From the NCBI GenBank assembly GCA_963666285.1, contig OY762711.1: DNA of 64,000 nucleotides; one strand, written 5' to 3'. The DNA is from Sedimentisphaerales bacterium. Lineage in GTDB: Bacteria > Planctomycetota > Phycisphaerae > Sedimentisphaerales > SM23-30. The first letter of the stretch is position 1; each line of letters starts with the position of its first letter. Under the pieces are notes generated by a model, which worked only from the letters and a program-made list of their open reading frames with translations, made no database searches and was not told where the DNA came from. Shown one piece after another: positions 1 through 10,494 of this stretch. A program made the position numbers and the translations under genes.

Positions 1-62
1 AGGCTTTTTATGAGTTCTTTTGCTTCGTAGCCGCGATGATCGCTTGCAATTGCAATTTTCAT
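1..62 (-). CDS. rpiB: Ribose-5-phosphate isomerase B, N-terminus (runs off the window)
   Basis: Manual minus-strand translation from ATG at 62: MKIAIASDHRGYEAKELIKS, with the RpiB/LacAB xDHxG start motif; GAGGCG RBS upstream; not in the ORF track. Confidence 0.85.
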   Translation of the reverse strand, partial: MKIAIASDHRGYEAKELIKS

Positions 63-179
63 TTTATCTTCGCCTCACATTTCCAGTTATAGTTTTGCAA
101 CTATGTTTGTTAGTGACAGGTGCTTTGTCGGCAACCTGCTGAAATATCTCCTGAACTTGAATGTTTTAGGAGCGGATTG

Positions 180-1304
180 TTATTCTAATTCAATTTTGTC
201 TATAAATCTTTCTATTGCGTCATAAATCTGTTGAGCGCAACTATCGTATATATCCTGTGTGTTGCCTATTGGGTCAGCTATTCCATTAGCATCGAGCATT
301 TGAGTTTTTGCCGCTGATTCTGGAGCTATACTCAGTATGGTGCTGTAATGGGAGTCTGACATTGCCAGTATATAGTCTGCGTTTTGTATCATCTCTTTTG
401 AGATGAGGCGAGATTTATGCCCGCTAATATCAACACCTCTGCTTTGGCATGCTTTAACTGATTCCGGGCTCGCCGGATGATTGTCAAAGGCCATGATTCC
501 AGCAGATGAAATATGATAACCATTTTTTTCCAGCTGGTCAATGTTACATTGTAATTTTTTTGCTATTATGGACCTACCAAAACCTTCTGCCATCGGTGAT
601 CGGCATGTATTACCTGTACATACGAAGAGGATATTCATTTTTAGTCCTTTTTTTATCATTCTTTCATCTATAACACCTTGTCGCAAAATGTTATATTGAT
701 TTCCATTGAGTTTAATAATAGTTGAAGGTTTTTGAATCCTGGACGGACCATTATCGATTATTAGATGTACTTTTCCATCTAAGTATTCGGACGCTTTTTC
801 TGCGGAATATGCCGGAGGCATGCCTGCGGGGTTTGCACTAGAAGCCACTATTGGGCCTTCCGATCTCGACAATAATGGTATGGCCAGTTTGTCTTCAGGA
901 TACCTGATTCCGATTGAATTGTTAAAGTAAAGTCTATTAAATAAGTCGGGTTTATAGTTTTGCCTGGCTATTTCTAATTGTTTTGCGGTAAGTTCAAAAA
1001 CAAGTGTCAAAGGACCCGGAAAGAATTTTTTGACAAAAAGTTTTTCTAAAATAGTAAGATTTGGCACCAAAGAAAATATTTCCGATTTTTTCCCAACATG
1101 AATCGTAAAAGGTTTATCAGCCGGTCTTTGCTTTAATTCGGTAAGTGTATTCCATCCAAGGTCTATGTCAGCTCTGGCTGCAACACCGTAGACAGTTTCA
1201 GTGGGAAATACTACTATCTTCCCCTCAGCAAATAATTTATGTGCATATTTAACAACAGAATCCATTTCAGAATTGTCTGTTATTTTGCGTATCTCAGTTT
1301 TCAT
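180..1304 (-). CDS. tsaC: Threonylcarbamoyl-AMP synthase (TsaC/Sua5 YrdC domain) fused to a low-molecular-weight protein arginine/tyrosine phosphatase
   Basis: FPTETVYG, KQRP and SSAN YrdC motifs; C-terminal ILFVCTGNTCRS P-loop and IADPIG; start set at MKTEIRK. Confidence 0.9.
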   Translation of the reverse strand: MKTEIRKITDNSEMDSVVKYAHKLFAEGKIVVFPTETVYGVAARADIDLGWNTLTELKQRPADKPFTIHVGKKSEIFSLVPNLTILEKLFVKKFFPGPLTLVFELTAKQLEIARQNYKPDLFNRLYFNNSIGIRYPEDKLAIPLLSRSEGPIVASSANPAGMPPAYSAEKASEYLDGKVHLIIDNGPSRIQKPSTIIKLNGNQYNILRQGVIDERMIKKGLKMNILFVCTGNTCRSPMAEGFGRSIIAKKLQCNIDQLEKNGYHISSAGIMAFDNHPASPESVKACQSRGVDISGHKSRLISKEMIQNADYILAMSDSHYSTILSIAPESAAKTQMLDANGIADPIGNTQDIYDSCAQQIYDAIERFIDKIELE

Positions 1305-1525
1305 AATGTTAAATTTTGCAGATTGTAATGAATATGTCAACTATACAATTTTGACTGATATTATTGTTTGTGACTTATAGAACAATAGTTCCAATTAAAC
1401 CGGCTGATTTTTAGCTGCTCAGTAAGCCTTCTCCCATGTTTTGTTTCAGCTAAGTGTTTGAAATACCGAAAATTGTATTGAAGTCTCTATGTTGGCTTTT
1501 TACCGTTCATAGAGTCCTTAGAAGC

Positions 1526-1554
1526 TTGACACGAATATATGAAAGAAGTATAAT
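1526..1554 (+). promoter_or_regulatory. Perfect sigma70 promoter
   Basis: TTGACA-N17-TATAAT about 180 bp upstream of the ATG at 1736. Confidence 0.8.
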
Positions 1555-1735
1555 AGTTGGACAATAGAGTGTATAACTACGGAGCAAAGCCCACAGGAGG
1601 GAGTAGGAGATTTTGGAAAGAGACTCTAACCTACATGAATTTTTCTATCCTGCATTATATTGCTTTATTGAATATAGCTCAAAATAACTTGCCTGGCGTA
1701 CGCTAATATTTTAAATAATTGGAGAGGTAATTAAT

Positions 1736-4700
1736 ATGAAAACTTCGAGTGGTCGAACTTTTGCTAAATTGCACCTTATCGTTGCATGTTTACTGTCAAC
1801 TTATCTTGCAGCTAATCTATCTGCTATGCCGGTCTATCCCGGATTGCTGAATAAAACACAGCCGGATGGAACTGCTATTCAGATCAGGATGAAAGGTGAC
1901 GAATTTGCTAAATGGCTCACTGACGATCAGGGCTATGCGGTTGTTCAGGATTCAGCAACAAGAACTTACTATTACGCCCAGAAAGCTGCTGATGGTAAAC
2001 TTGAAGCAACTTCATTTGAGGTTGGAAAAGCCAACCCTGCAGCCTCTGGACTAAAGTTAGGGATTACTCCTGATTTGACTGAGGCTAAAAAGGCTGCGGC
2101 CAAGTCAAGATCTGAGGGTGTTAATATCTTTAAGACCAAGGCGCCGGGTGCAGGCGGCGTCCAGACAGTGAGAAACCTGGTTATCCTCGCGGTATTTAAT
2201 GACCAATACGATTCAAAGAATAAGACTGTTATGTCTGGTTATGGCCGACCCCGTATTGAATATGATGCCTTGTTCAATTGGGATGTCCCAAATCTTGGTG
2301 TAGACCCATATAATGCGGCAATAGGTGGTAGTGTGCGTGATTACTGGCTATACAATTCTTATGGCAAGTTAAATCTTGAATCGATTGTTGTGGATTGGGT
2401 TAAGCTCCCTGAAGTTGAAACTTACTATACTGATTACCCGAACGATCCGGCAGAGACCAGATATGCTGAGATGGTAGCCAATGCGTTAACTCGTGTTGAA
2501 GCTGACAATACATTGAACATAGATTTTTCTACTATTGATATTGTTACTGTTGTCCACTCCGGCTGGGGTGCCGAAGGCGGCTATGATCCGGGCGTACATT
2601 CCCATAAAGCTTCTTATCTTTTTCCTATATGGGTTAGTCAGGATGGAGTTGGATTTTCTTCGTATAATACTATCCCGGCTTTATCTGGTGTCGGGCTTGG
2701 TAATAATGAAATTATAAGAATTGGTGTTTCTGTTCATGAACTAGGTCATCATATATTAGGTTTACCAGATCTATATGACACTGATTATACCAGTGGTGGT
2801 GTTGGTAACTGGTGTGTGATGTCTGGCGGTTCCTGGGGATTCGTCGATCCGGCTTATCCTTCCCATCTTAGTGCTCCTTTAAAGGTTAGTGTTGGTTTTA
2901 TTGATCCAATCGAATTGAATATTGAAGACGTTACCAATCCTGACGCTTTAAGAGTTGGCCAGCAGGAACTGGATTTTGCCGATCAATTACTGGAAGAACT
3001 TGATGAGATAGAAAATGTTCGAGATGTTGCAACTTTCCTTGAAATATTCAGCAGGCGTGAATGGCTAAGCGGTCCGTTTTTAGGTGAATATACTACGGAT
3101 GTTGATTTGTTTGCTGAACTAAGAGCAATGATATCGGATATAGTTCCAGTAAGGCCTCCTGAGGAAGAAGATCCTGAAAACCCCATTATAGATACTGATA
3201 TTGCAGAAGTAGATGCCATGCTTAAAGAACTTGATAAGTACGGTTTGCTGGATAATGGGATAATAGGTTTGTATGATTATATAGTTGGCTCAATAGATTA
3301 TTTCAATAATTTATATAGTGAAGTAAATCTTGCAGAAGAATTTGAGGATGATCCTTTAGGTACTCAATTATTACTTGCCACATGGCTCGTAACATTTGAT
3401 GAAAATGTTGAATGGGCCGGTGAATATTATGATATATACCTGCAGCAGTACTATGAAGCTTCTATCGCAGAAGTTGCTGAAGGTGATCCTGATCCGGTTG
3501 AAGCGGTACTTGATATATGGCGGGCCAGTCTTGAGGCGTATAGGGATGAAGTGTATGCACAGGTATATGATCCAGAAAATCTGGTTCTTCCTGACCCTCA
3601 AACAACATTAGGCTGGGGTGCTTACGATATTGGCTTAACAGCAACCGATAATACTGCTTGTTATAAAATTTACCTTGAAAACGACAATCTTGCAGTCAGA
3701 ACTCAGGTTAGTAATGGAGCAGACATTACTACGGCATATGGCGTTTTTGGTGCAGTTGATGAAGATTGGTGGGTGTTATCAAAAGATAAAAGTTGCCTAG
3801 CTAGCAGTTCTATAAATTTTGGCGGCGGCAGTTCAGGTTCTGCATTCTTTACAGGCGGCACACGTGCAGGTTTGCCGTTTGAATCAGGCTTTATGCTTTC
3901 TACAGGTGATTGTAATAAAGCAAAAGGCCCCAATAAAAGTGCTGTTATGAGCTCTGACAATGGCGCAGGAAAAAATGCTGATACAGGTCTGTTTGAAATT
4001 ATAAAACCTGAAGGTGTCGATGAAGGTGATTATCCATATGTTACTTATAATGCAGCCAGCGTAGAATATACCATGGAAAAAGAAAATATGGTTGTTTCTT
4101 TTGATGCTGTATTTGCTTCAGAAGAGTATGAAGATTATACCTGGCCGGATGATGGTTCTCCGCCAGTTGTGTATCGAGACTACTATGCTATTGTAATTGA
4201 TGATGAATATGTTTGGCACGGTCAGATCATTCTTGATTATGATCCAGGTGTTATTTATGCACCGTTTTCCGGAGTGGCGAATATTAATACCGGCGATGAA
4301 AATGAGCCGAACACACCGGCAGATATGTTGAACCTTGATCTGGATTCAACAAAAAACAGCTTCTATATGCCGCTTGTTTTCAGTCGTGATAAAAGTGGTG
4401 TTAGTCGTTTAATGACTGATTATTATTTGTCTCAAAATGATGGCGGTGAAGATGAAATTGCGTTGCCGAGAAAGCTGCCTTCTAATATTGCCTCACTTCC
4501 ATATGTAGGTTTTAATAATAAAAAGGTCCGGTCTGCCACTCCTTATTACAGGGGGACAACTGTGGATCCGGTTAATATGGAAAGTGTTGAAAATAAGGGT
4601 TTCAATCTTGAGTATGAAGCGTTTACCGAGAGAATTTCTTTAGCATTTGATATGAATGCGCTGCGAGATCAGTTCCCTGATGAGTGGGAAAATTTTAGCA

Positions 4701-7700
4701 GTCGTGAAAGCCATACTATCAGGATTGTTATAGCTGATTTTGACAGTAAAGCCAGGCATGAAGCAGAGTACCATGACAACGGTTGTTATGGAGATACCGC
4801 GATATTTATTGAAGCTGGTTCAATGCATCATACGATGTATCAGGCAATTGATAATCGTATGGGTGAATATTTACTGATCGAAAACCGCCAGCCGGTAAGA
4901 AGATTTACAGATATTGCCAATACCGAACTTGAACCCGGTTTTGAAGTTGGTATGCCTTATGGCGGTCTGGCAATCTGGCATATAGATGAAGCGGCTGCTG
5001 TAAACACTAATGAAGGTTATCCGGGCCAGACTTCTTCTTCTGGGTATGAATGGCCATGGAATGGTAATCATTTGGGTGTAGCTTTATTACAGGCTGACGG
5101 AAATTTTGACCTTGAAGCTAATGTGAATGGTTCTGATGGGTATGACTTATTCAGGGCGCCTGATCCGACTGCTCAGCCGCAGAGTGTAGAAGACCCTGTA
5201 TTGTCAGACTACTCGGTCCTTAATGACTTTACGAGTCCTAATACTAAAAAATATTTATGGGGGTGTGTTGCTCCGACATATAACTCGATTTCAAAAATAT
5301 CGCCAGCAGGAAATCATATGAGTTTTGTCTTCATGGAAGATGGAGTTTATAATGATGATTTCAACAGACCTCTCAGTATTAATAAATTTGCTGATTTTGC
5401 ATCTAATGATTCCGGTGTGTGGTGGCCTGGTGAAGCGACATATGATTCTACTGAATGGTGGAAGTATACAGAGACAGGGCAAGTTAAGGAATTTGATAGT
5501 GGTGAGTTTCCTGACGGGCTGCCTGGCGGACATCCTCGCAGAGATCCGGACTTCATACCTGATAAATACCAGATCTACGGTTCTACCGAATATGCAGATA
5601 TAGAATGGATCCCAAATACTTACGATCCTTTCCGTTGGGTGCATGGTCCGAGCTGTAGCCCGGTAGACCCGATAGGTTCGCCATATGATGCTTATGGTGA
5701 TACCGGTAAAACTGTAGATTTGTACGCTCTTTGGTATGAGTTTACTGCTGAAAAGACAGGTTTTGTGACTATAGAGACTTGTACTGCCGGCTTTGATACC
5801 ACTATTTCAGTTTATCGTGATCCTAATCATATTATTGAATTGGAGAAATATAATAACCTGGATTCAGAACTGGGCTGCAATGATGATTATCCAACAGGTG
5901 TTCCGGAATGTGCTTATGCTTCTTACCTGGATTTCTATATGGAAGAAGGTGAGAGTTATTTGATTCGTATTGGCGGATATAATAATGAAAGCGGAACATT
6001 CCGTATGACAATCGAATATGTTGACACACCGGTTAATGATGAGCCGATTGATGCTATCGTTTTGCAGGAAGGTATTTCTGTCGAAGGAAGAACTGTCGGT
6101 GCTACTGGAGAAGATATATCTTCAGGAGGCGGAAACGATTTCTGCGACTTGTGGTATAAATTTACTCCGGCTGAAGCTGATTACTACAAAGTTAAAGTAT
6201 GTGATGGTAAGGCTGACTTGACTGTCGGTGCTTATGTTGACTCTGTTGGAGATTGTAATCCTTCTGATTTTATAGAAGTTACATTCAATGATAACTGTGA
6301 GGATGATCCATTCCAAACATGCCTGAATTGTTCAATAGATTTCCCTGAAGATGAGCGATTCAATACTTATAGCGGTTTGGATGATCCGCAGATTAGCGTT
6401 TGGATGGTGCCAGAGGAAACATATTATATTAGAGTTGCCGGTTCTCACGATAGTTTTGGTGAGTTCATAGTTACACTAGCTCGTCGCCCGGAAGGTGATG
6501 ATTGTGTCAGGGCTATTACTGCTACGGACTTTAATGTCCTTGGATTGGTCTATCAGGGTACTACGGCTTCCTCAAGGCCATCTCTGGCTGCTGACTATCC
6601 TTATGTATCTGCACCTGCTTCAAAAGCTGGATTAAGTGGAGATTATGTGATCGATTTGCTTGATGAAACAACAGTCAAGCCTAATAAGAAATACGTCAAA
6701 GATAACCCTGACAGGGTTCGCTACTCTTTTGCCCAGGCCAATCTGTATTTGGTTAAAAAGGCTATGGCTGTGAGAAATGACTTTGATTTCCAATTAGACT
6801 TGTTTGCAGATACTACCATTATATGTGAGCAGGAAAAACTGATTAAGAAAGGCGATCAGAGGTTTACCTGGACAGGTAAGGTTCAAGGGCTGCCTTATAG
6901 CTTGGTGGTTATATCGGTGGTAAATGATTCTGTTACAGGGTCACTGATAAATGTTGATGGTAAGAACTATACTATTAGCAGTATTCCTGACGGTTTGGTA
7001 ATAGTTGAGGAAGTTGCCCCGACTTCTGAACCTAACCCTGCAGTTGTTTATGATGTGAGCGGCTTGGATTATACTCCGTTAGCAGAGACGAAAGCTCCGC
7101 TTATCGAAAATGGCGAAGTTTGCGACGTCATGGTATTGTATACACCGACAGCTAAAAATATTGTTTCAGGTGTAGATGCAATGGAGTCTATGATCGAATC
7201 CTTTATTACTACTGCTAATATGGTTTATGATAACAGTAACATTAACCTTGAGTTAAGGCTGGTTTACTCTGGCCAGGTTGATTATGTTGAGGCAGAAGGC
7301 GGAGACTATCTTGGAGATCTGGCTTTTGGCGGCATTGACGGAGTGTCTGATCTTCGTGATGCTTATGGAGCTGACCTCGTTTGTATGCTCGTTGACCCAT
7401 CAATGACATCATATGCAGGTGTTGCGTATCTGCCTTCAGATTACTCATTAGATTTCGATTATTTAGGTTATTCTGTAGTTGATGCCAATCCTGGTTATGG
7501 ACTGACATTTACTCATGAACTCGGTCATAATATGGGTTGCGGCCATGCCGTAGATCAGTATATGCAGCAGGGACCGGGTGTATTCGAATATTCTTCTGGA
7601 TGGTATGTTGACGCAGATTCGACTTGTACTGTAATGTCATATCCGGATAAGGATGGAGATGGATTTGGAGACTATAACAGGATACCATATTTCTCTAATC

Positions 7701-9490
7701 CTGATATTGACCTTGGTGCCGGCCCAATAGGTGACGCCAGTACAGCTGATAATGCTCGTACAATTAATTTGACCAGATTGGCTATATGCAATTATCGCAA
7801 ACCTTCTGGCATCACCGGTATTGAGATATTCGGCCACACAAATGTCGAAGAAAATGGTGAGTTGGAATTATCTTGCCGGGCAGTCTTTGCCAGTGGTCTT
7901 GTTGCCGATATTACCGGTGGTTGTGAATGGGAACTGCTTGAAGGTTCCAAGGGAACGATGAACGGCTCTACGTATCTTGCTGATGCATTACAGGTCAGCA
8001 CAGAATCAGAGACTTATTTTGTCCGTGCATCATATACATATACTGATAACTTGTCGTCGCAAACATTTACAGCAGAGTATGCCGTTACAGTTGTACCTCA
8101 GATGTTGAGAAGTTATTGTAATGCATCTCCTGGCAGCGATGATATGTATGATGTTTATGATGTCTGGTATAAGTATACGCCTAAGTATAACGATACTGTT
8201 ACCATCTCCTTAAGAGGGACAAGTTGGGATACTGTATTAAATGTATTTGATGAATGTAATGGTAGTGTCATAGCGTGTAACGATGATATTACATATCCAT
8301 ATTATAATTCTGCCTCTGAACTGACAATGTCTATGGAAGGCGGTAAGAGGTACCTGATAAGAATTTCTGGTTATGGTGGCGCTACCGGTCCTTATACCAT
8401 GAAGATAACTGGTGGTGAAGGTGACGGCGTTGATATTCTTGAACTGCTTGGCGGTGAAGAGAAGTATATTATCGACGGCCAGACTGTTGATATGAAGATA
8501 ATTGCTACTGGTGGCGAAGATCCTTATCAGGGTTGGACTGTTGCTGCCAAGAGAGTTGCTGCTGATAAGTTCAATCCGCTAGGAGAGAGCAATTATGAAA
8601 AATGGATTGCTACTGCTCCATTACCGGGTCAGGGTAATCTGGAATCTGACGATGCATTCTATAGCTATACATTGCCATTTGAAAATGGATTCCCATTCTT
8701 CGGTAATACTTATAGTGATATTCGCATATGTACAAATGGTTTCATTGACCTTGGCGGCAGTGCAACGGTAATGCCTGATAATTCTGAAGCATTATTAGCT
8801 GCTAACACAATTATTGCACCGATGTGGGATGACCTTACATTAGAAGGTTTTGAAAATAATATCGAACTAGGTGTTGCAGAGGACCATGTAGTTATCAAAT
8901 GGATGGCCAAACAGGTTATCAATGACAACCCTTGTGCCTTTGCTGTTCAGTTGTTCAGTAATGGTGAAATTCAGTTCCATTATGGAAGTTCAAACTTGAA
9001 TACAACTCCGACTGTTGGTATTTCCGGTGGTGACGGTGTAAACACTATTCTTTATGCACCGTATACCTCAGATACCGGAATCAACTTAAATGATGTTGAT
9101 TCACTAAGGTACTTTGATGTATCGTTTACGGCTACCATTTTGCCACCTGGTTTGGGTCATACAATCAATGCTGATAGTGTTAGCATATCTGGTAGTGTTG
9201 ACAGGTCTCAGGCTATTATTGATCTGGATGAATATCCGGTTAGAATTCTTGTCAAAGATAGCGGCGATCCTGTTCGCAGTGTTGATAAGGTGATTACCTT
9301 TAAGTATGTCGATAGTTTCAGTATGGATATTCTTGAAGCCATGGCACTCAATTGGCTGGAAGTCGATTGTTTGGCTGACGATAACTGGTGCGACCAGGCT
9401 GACTTGAATGGTGACGGTATTGTTGATATCAACGATGTTGGTGTCCTTAGCTTTGGCTGGGTAACGAATGTTGCTCCTGCTGAAGAGTAA
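1736..9490 (+). CDS. Secreted multidomain metalloprotease: M6 (immune inhibitor A-like) plus reprolysin-like M12B domain, choice-of-anchor L-like, PPC-like repeats, nidogen-like and dockerin-like domains
   Basis: Signal peptide; QPDG...GDE propeptide; HELGHHILGLPDLYD; EYLLIENRQ/GLAIWHID; second zinc site HELGHNMGCGH with Met-turn TVMSY; C-terminal ADLNGDGIVDINDV. Confidence 0.85.
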   Translation: MKTSSGRTFAKLHLIVACLLSTYLAANLSAMPVYPGLLNKTQPDGTAIQIRMKGDEFAKWLTDDQGYAVVQDSATRTYYYAQKAADGKLEATSFEVGKANPAASGLKLGITPDLTEAKKAAAKSRSEGVNIFKTKAPGAGGVQTVRNLVILAVFNDQYDSKNKTVMSGYGRPRIEYDALFNWDVPNLGVDPYNAAIGGSVRDYWLYNSYGKLNLESIVVDWVKLPEVETYYTDYPNDPAETRYAEMVANALTRVEADNTLNIDFSTIDIVTVVHSGWGAEGGYDPGVHSHKASYLFPIWVSQDGVGFSSYNTIPALSGVGLGNNEIIRIGVSVHELGHHILGLPDLYDTDYTSGGVGNWCVMSGGSWGFVDPAYPSHLSAPLKVSVGFIDPIELNIEDVTNPDALRVGQQELDFADQLLEELDEIENVRDVATFLEIFSRREWLSGPFLGEYTTDVDLFAELRAMISDIVPVRPPEEEDPENPIIDTDIAEVDAMLKELDKYGLLDNGIIGLYDYIVGSIDYFNNLYSEVNLAEEFEDDPLGTQLLLATWLVTFDENVEWAGEYYDIYLQQYYEASIAEVAEGDPDPVEAVLDIWRASLEAYRDEVYAQVYDPENLVLPDPQTTLGWGAYDIGLTATDNTACYKIYLENDNLAVRTQVSNGADITTAYGVFGAVDEDWWVLSKDKSCLASSSINFGGGSSGSAFFTGGTRAGLPFESGFMLSTGDCNKAKGPNKSAVMSSDNGAGKNADTGLFEIIKPEGVDEGDYPYVTYNAASVEYTMEKENMVVSFDAVFASEEYEDYTWPDDGSPPVVYRDYYAIVIDDEYVWHGQIILDYDPGVIYAPFSGVANINTGDENEPNTPADMLNLDLDSTKNSFYMPLVFSRDKSGVSRLMTDYYLSQNDGGEDEIALPRKLPSNIASLPYVGFNNKKVRSATPYYRGTTVDPVNMESVENKGFNLEYEAFTERISLAFDMNALRDQFPDEWENFSSRESHTIRIVIADFDSKARHEAEYHDNGCYGDTAIFIEAGSMHHTMYQAIDNRMGEYLLIENRQPVRRFTDIANTELEPGFEVGMPYGGLAIWHIDEAAAVNTNEGYPGQTSSSGYEWPWNGNHLGVALLQADGNFDLEANVNGSDGYDLFRAPDPTAQPQSVEDPVLSDYSVLNDFTSPNTKKYLWGCVAPTYNSISKISPAGNHMSFVFMEDGVYNDDFNRPLSINKFADFASNDSGVWWPGEATYDSTEWWKYTETGQVKEFDSGEFPDGLPGGHPRRDPDFIPDKYQIYGSTEYADIEWIPNTYDPFRWVHGPSCSPVDPIGSPYDAYGDTGKTVDLYALWYEFTAEKTGFVTIETCTAGFDTTISVYRDPNHIIELEKYNNLDSELGCNDDYPTGVPECAYASYLDFYMEEGESYLIRIGGYNNESGTFRMTIEYVDTPVNDEPIDAIVLQEGISVEGRTVGATGEDISSGGGNDFCDLWYKFTPAEADYYKVKVCDGKADLTVGAYVDSVGDCNPSDFIEVTFNDNCEDDPFQTCLNCSIDFPEDERFNTYSGLDDPQISVWMVPEETYYIRVAGSHDSFGEFIVTLARRPEGDDCVRAITATDFNVLGLVYQGTTASSRPSLAADYPYVSAPASKAGLSGDYVIDLLDETTVKPNKKYVKDNPDRVRYSFAQANLYLVKKAMAVRNDFDFQLDLFADTTIICEQEKLIKKGDQRFTWTGKVQGLPYSLVVISVVNDSVTGSLINVDGKNYTISSIPDGLVIVEEVAPTSEPNPAVVYDVSGLDYTPLAETKAPLIENGEVCDVMVLYTPTAKNIVSGVDAMESMIESFITTANMVYDNSNINLELRLVYSGQVDYVEAEGGDYLGDLAFGGIDGVSDLRDAYGADLVCMLVDPSMTSYAGVAYLPSDYSLDFDYLGYSVVDANPGYGLTFTHELGHNMGCGHAVDQYMQQGPGVFEYSSGWYVDADSTCTVMSYPDKDGDGFGDYNRIPYFSNPDIDLGAGPIGDASTADNARTINLTRLAICNYRKPSGITGIEIFGHTNVEENGELELSCRAVFASGLVADITGGCEWELLEGSKGTMNGSTYLADALQVSTESETYFVRASYTYTDNLSSQTFTAEYAVTVVPQMLRSYCNASPGSDDMYDVYDVWYKYTPKYNDTVTISLRGTSWDTVLNVFDECNGSVIACNDDITYPYYNSASELTMSMEGGKRYLIRISGYGGATGPYTMKITGGEGDGVDILELLGGEEKYIIDGQTVDMKIIATGGEDPYQGWTVAAKRVAADKFNPLGESNYEKWIATAPLPGQGNLESDDAFYSYTLPFENGFPFFGNTYSDIRICTNGFIDLGGSATVMPDNSEALLAANTIIAPMWDDLTLEGFENNIELGVAEDHVVIKWMAKQVINDNPCAFAVQLFSNGEIQFHYGSSNLNTTPTVGISGGDGVNTILYAPYTSDTGINLNDVDSLRYFDVSFTATILPPGLGHTINADSVSISGSVDRSQAIIDLDEYPVRILVKDSGDPVRSVDKVITFKYVDSFSMDILEAMALNWLEVDCLADDNWCDQADLNGDGIVDINDVGVLSFGWVTNVAPAEE

Positions 9491-9512
9491 ACCGACATAT
9501 AGTTAAAATATT

Positions 9513-9547
9513 AAAGGCAACCTCTTAATTGGGAGGTTGCCTTTTTT
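9513..9547 (+). terminator. Intrinsic terminator (probably bidirectional)
   Basis: AAAGGCAACCTC...GAGGTTGCCTTTTTT between convergent genes. Confidence 0.8.
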
Positions 9548-9597
9548 AATGTTTGAAATTGTATGGTTTGTTATGTTAGCAAAACGTCTTTTGCTTT

Positions 9598-10494
9598 TTA
9601 TCCCTGGCAGGTTTTTATGGCTTCCTTGATTGCCTTTATATGTGCCGGGGTTGTGCCGCAGCATCCGCCTATGATGTTTGCCCCGGCCTCGATAATATCA
9701 GGCGTCATACGTGCCATATCTTCAGGGGTGTCTGGGAAGATATCAACGCCGTCGACATTTTTAGGTAGTCCGGCATTTGCGTGCACCAGTATCGGGGTAT
9801 CACCGGCCGCTGATCGCATTTGAGATACTATATCTATCATTCGCTCCATGCCGTTACCGCAGTTGGTGCCTATTATATCTGCACCGGCATCAATTGCGGC
9901 CTTGACCGCATCTTCCGGGCCTACACCCATCATACTGCGATATTCACCCTGAAGTGTACGTTCCAGCGTGTAAGTGTTTATAATGACTAGGTTTGTATTG
10001 TCTTTTGCCGCTTTTACTGCCAAGGATGCCTCATCAATTGCACTCATAGTTTCAATACAGACAGCATCAGCTCCTCCTGCTTCAAGGGCCATAGCTTGCA
10101 CTTTGAATGCCTCATACAGCTCTTCTTCTGTCACATCTCCCATCAGTAGCATTTTCCCTGTTGGTCCTATAGAGGCTATCACCCACTTGTCCTCTCCGGC
10201 CGCTTTCCGAGAGATTTCAGCGGCTTTCTCATTTAGTTCTGCTGTTCGATCAGCCAGGCCGTAATGCTCAAGCTTGAAACTGGTACCGCCAAAGCTGTTT
10301 GTTTCTATCATATCCGCACCGGCAGAAATATACTCTGACGCTACTGATAAAACATCATCAGGTCGCTCGGCACACCATAGCTCCGGGCATTCTCCGGGCT
10401 TCAGACCCTTTTGAAAGAGAAAAGATCCCCATGCTCCATCCGAAACCAGTAATTTGCCGCTTTTTACAACTTCTAATAGATTTTTTCTTGTCAT
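9598..10494 (-). CDS. Homocysteine S-methyltransferase family protein (stand-alone MetH Hcy-binding domain)
   Basis: DGAWG, IETNSFG, ETMS and zinc ligands in GTNCG and GGCCGTTP. Confidence 0.9.
   Translation of the reverse strand: MTRKNLLEVVKSGKLLVSDGAWGSFLFQKGLKPGECPELWCAERPDDVLSVASEYISAGADMIETNSFGGTSFKLEHYGLADRTAELNEKAAEISRKAAGEDKWVIASIGPTGKMLLMGDVTEEELYEAFKVQAMALEAGGADAVCIETMSAIDEASLAVKAAKDNTNLVIINTYTLERTLQGEYRSMMGVGPEDAVKAAIDAGADIIGTNCGNGMERMIDIVSQMRSAAGDTPILVHANAGLPKNVDGVDIFPDTPEDMARMTPDIIEAGANIIGGCCGTTPAHIKAIKEAIKTCQG

Noticed and set aside
1578..1600. GGAGCAAAGCC resembling the c-di-GMP-I junction
   Set aside because: No GNRA-capped P2 stem or P3 receptor stem around it
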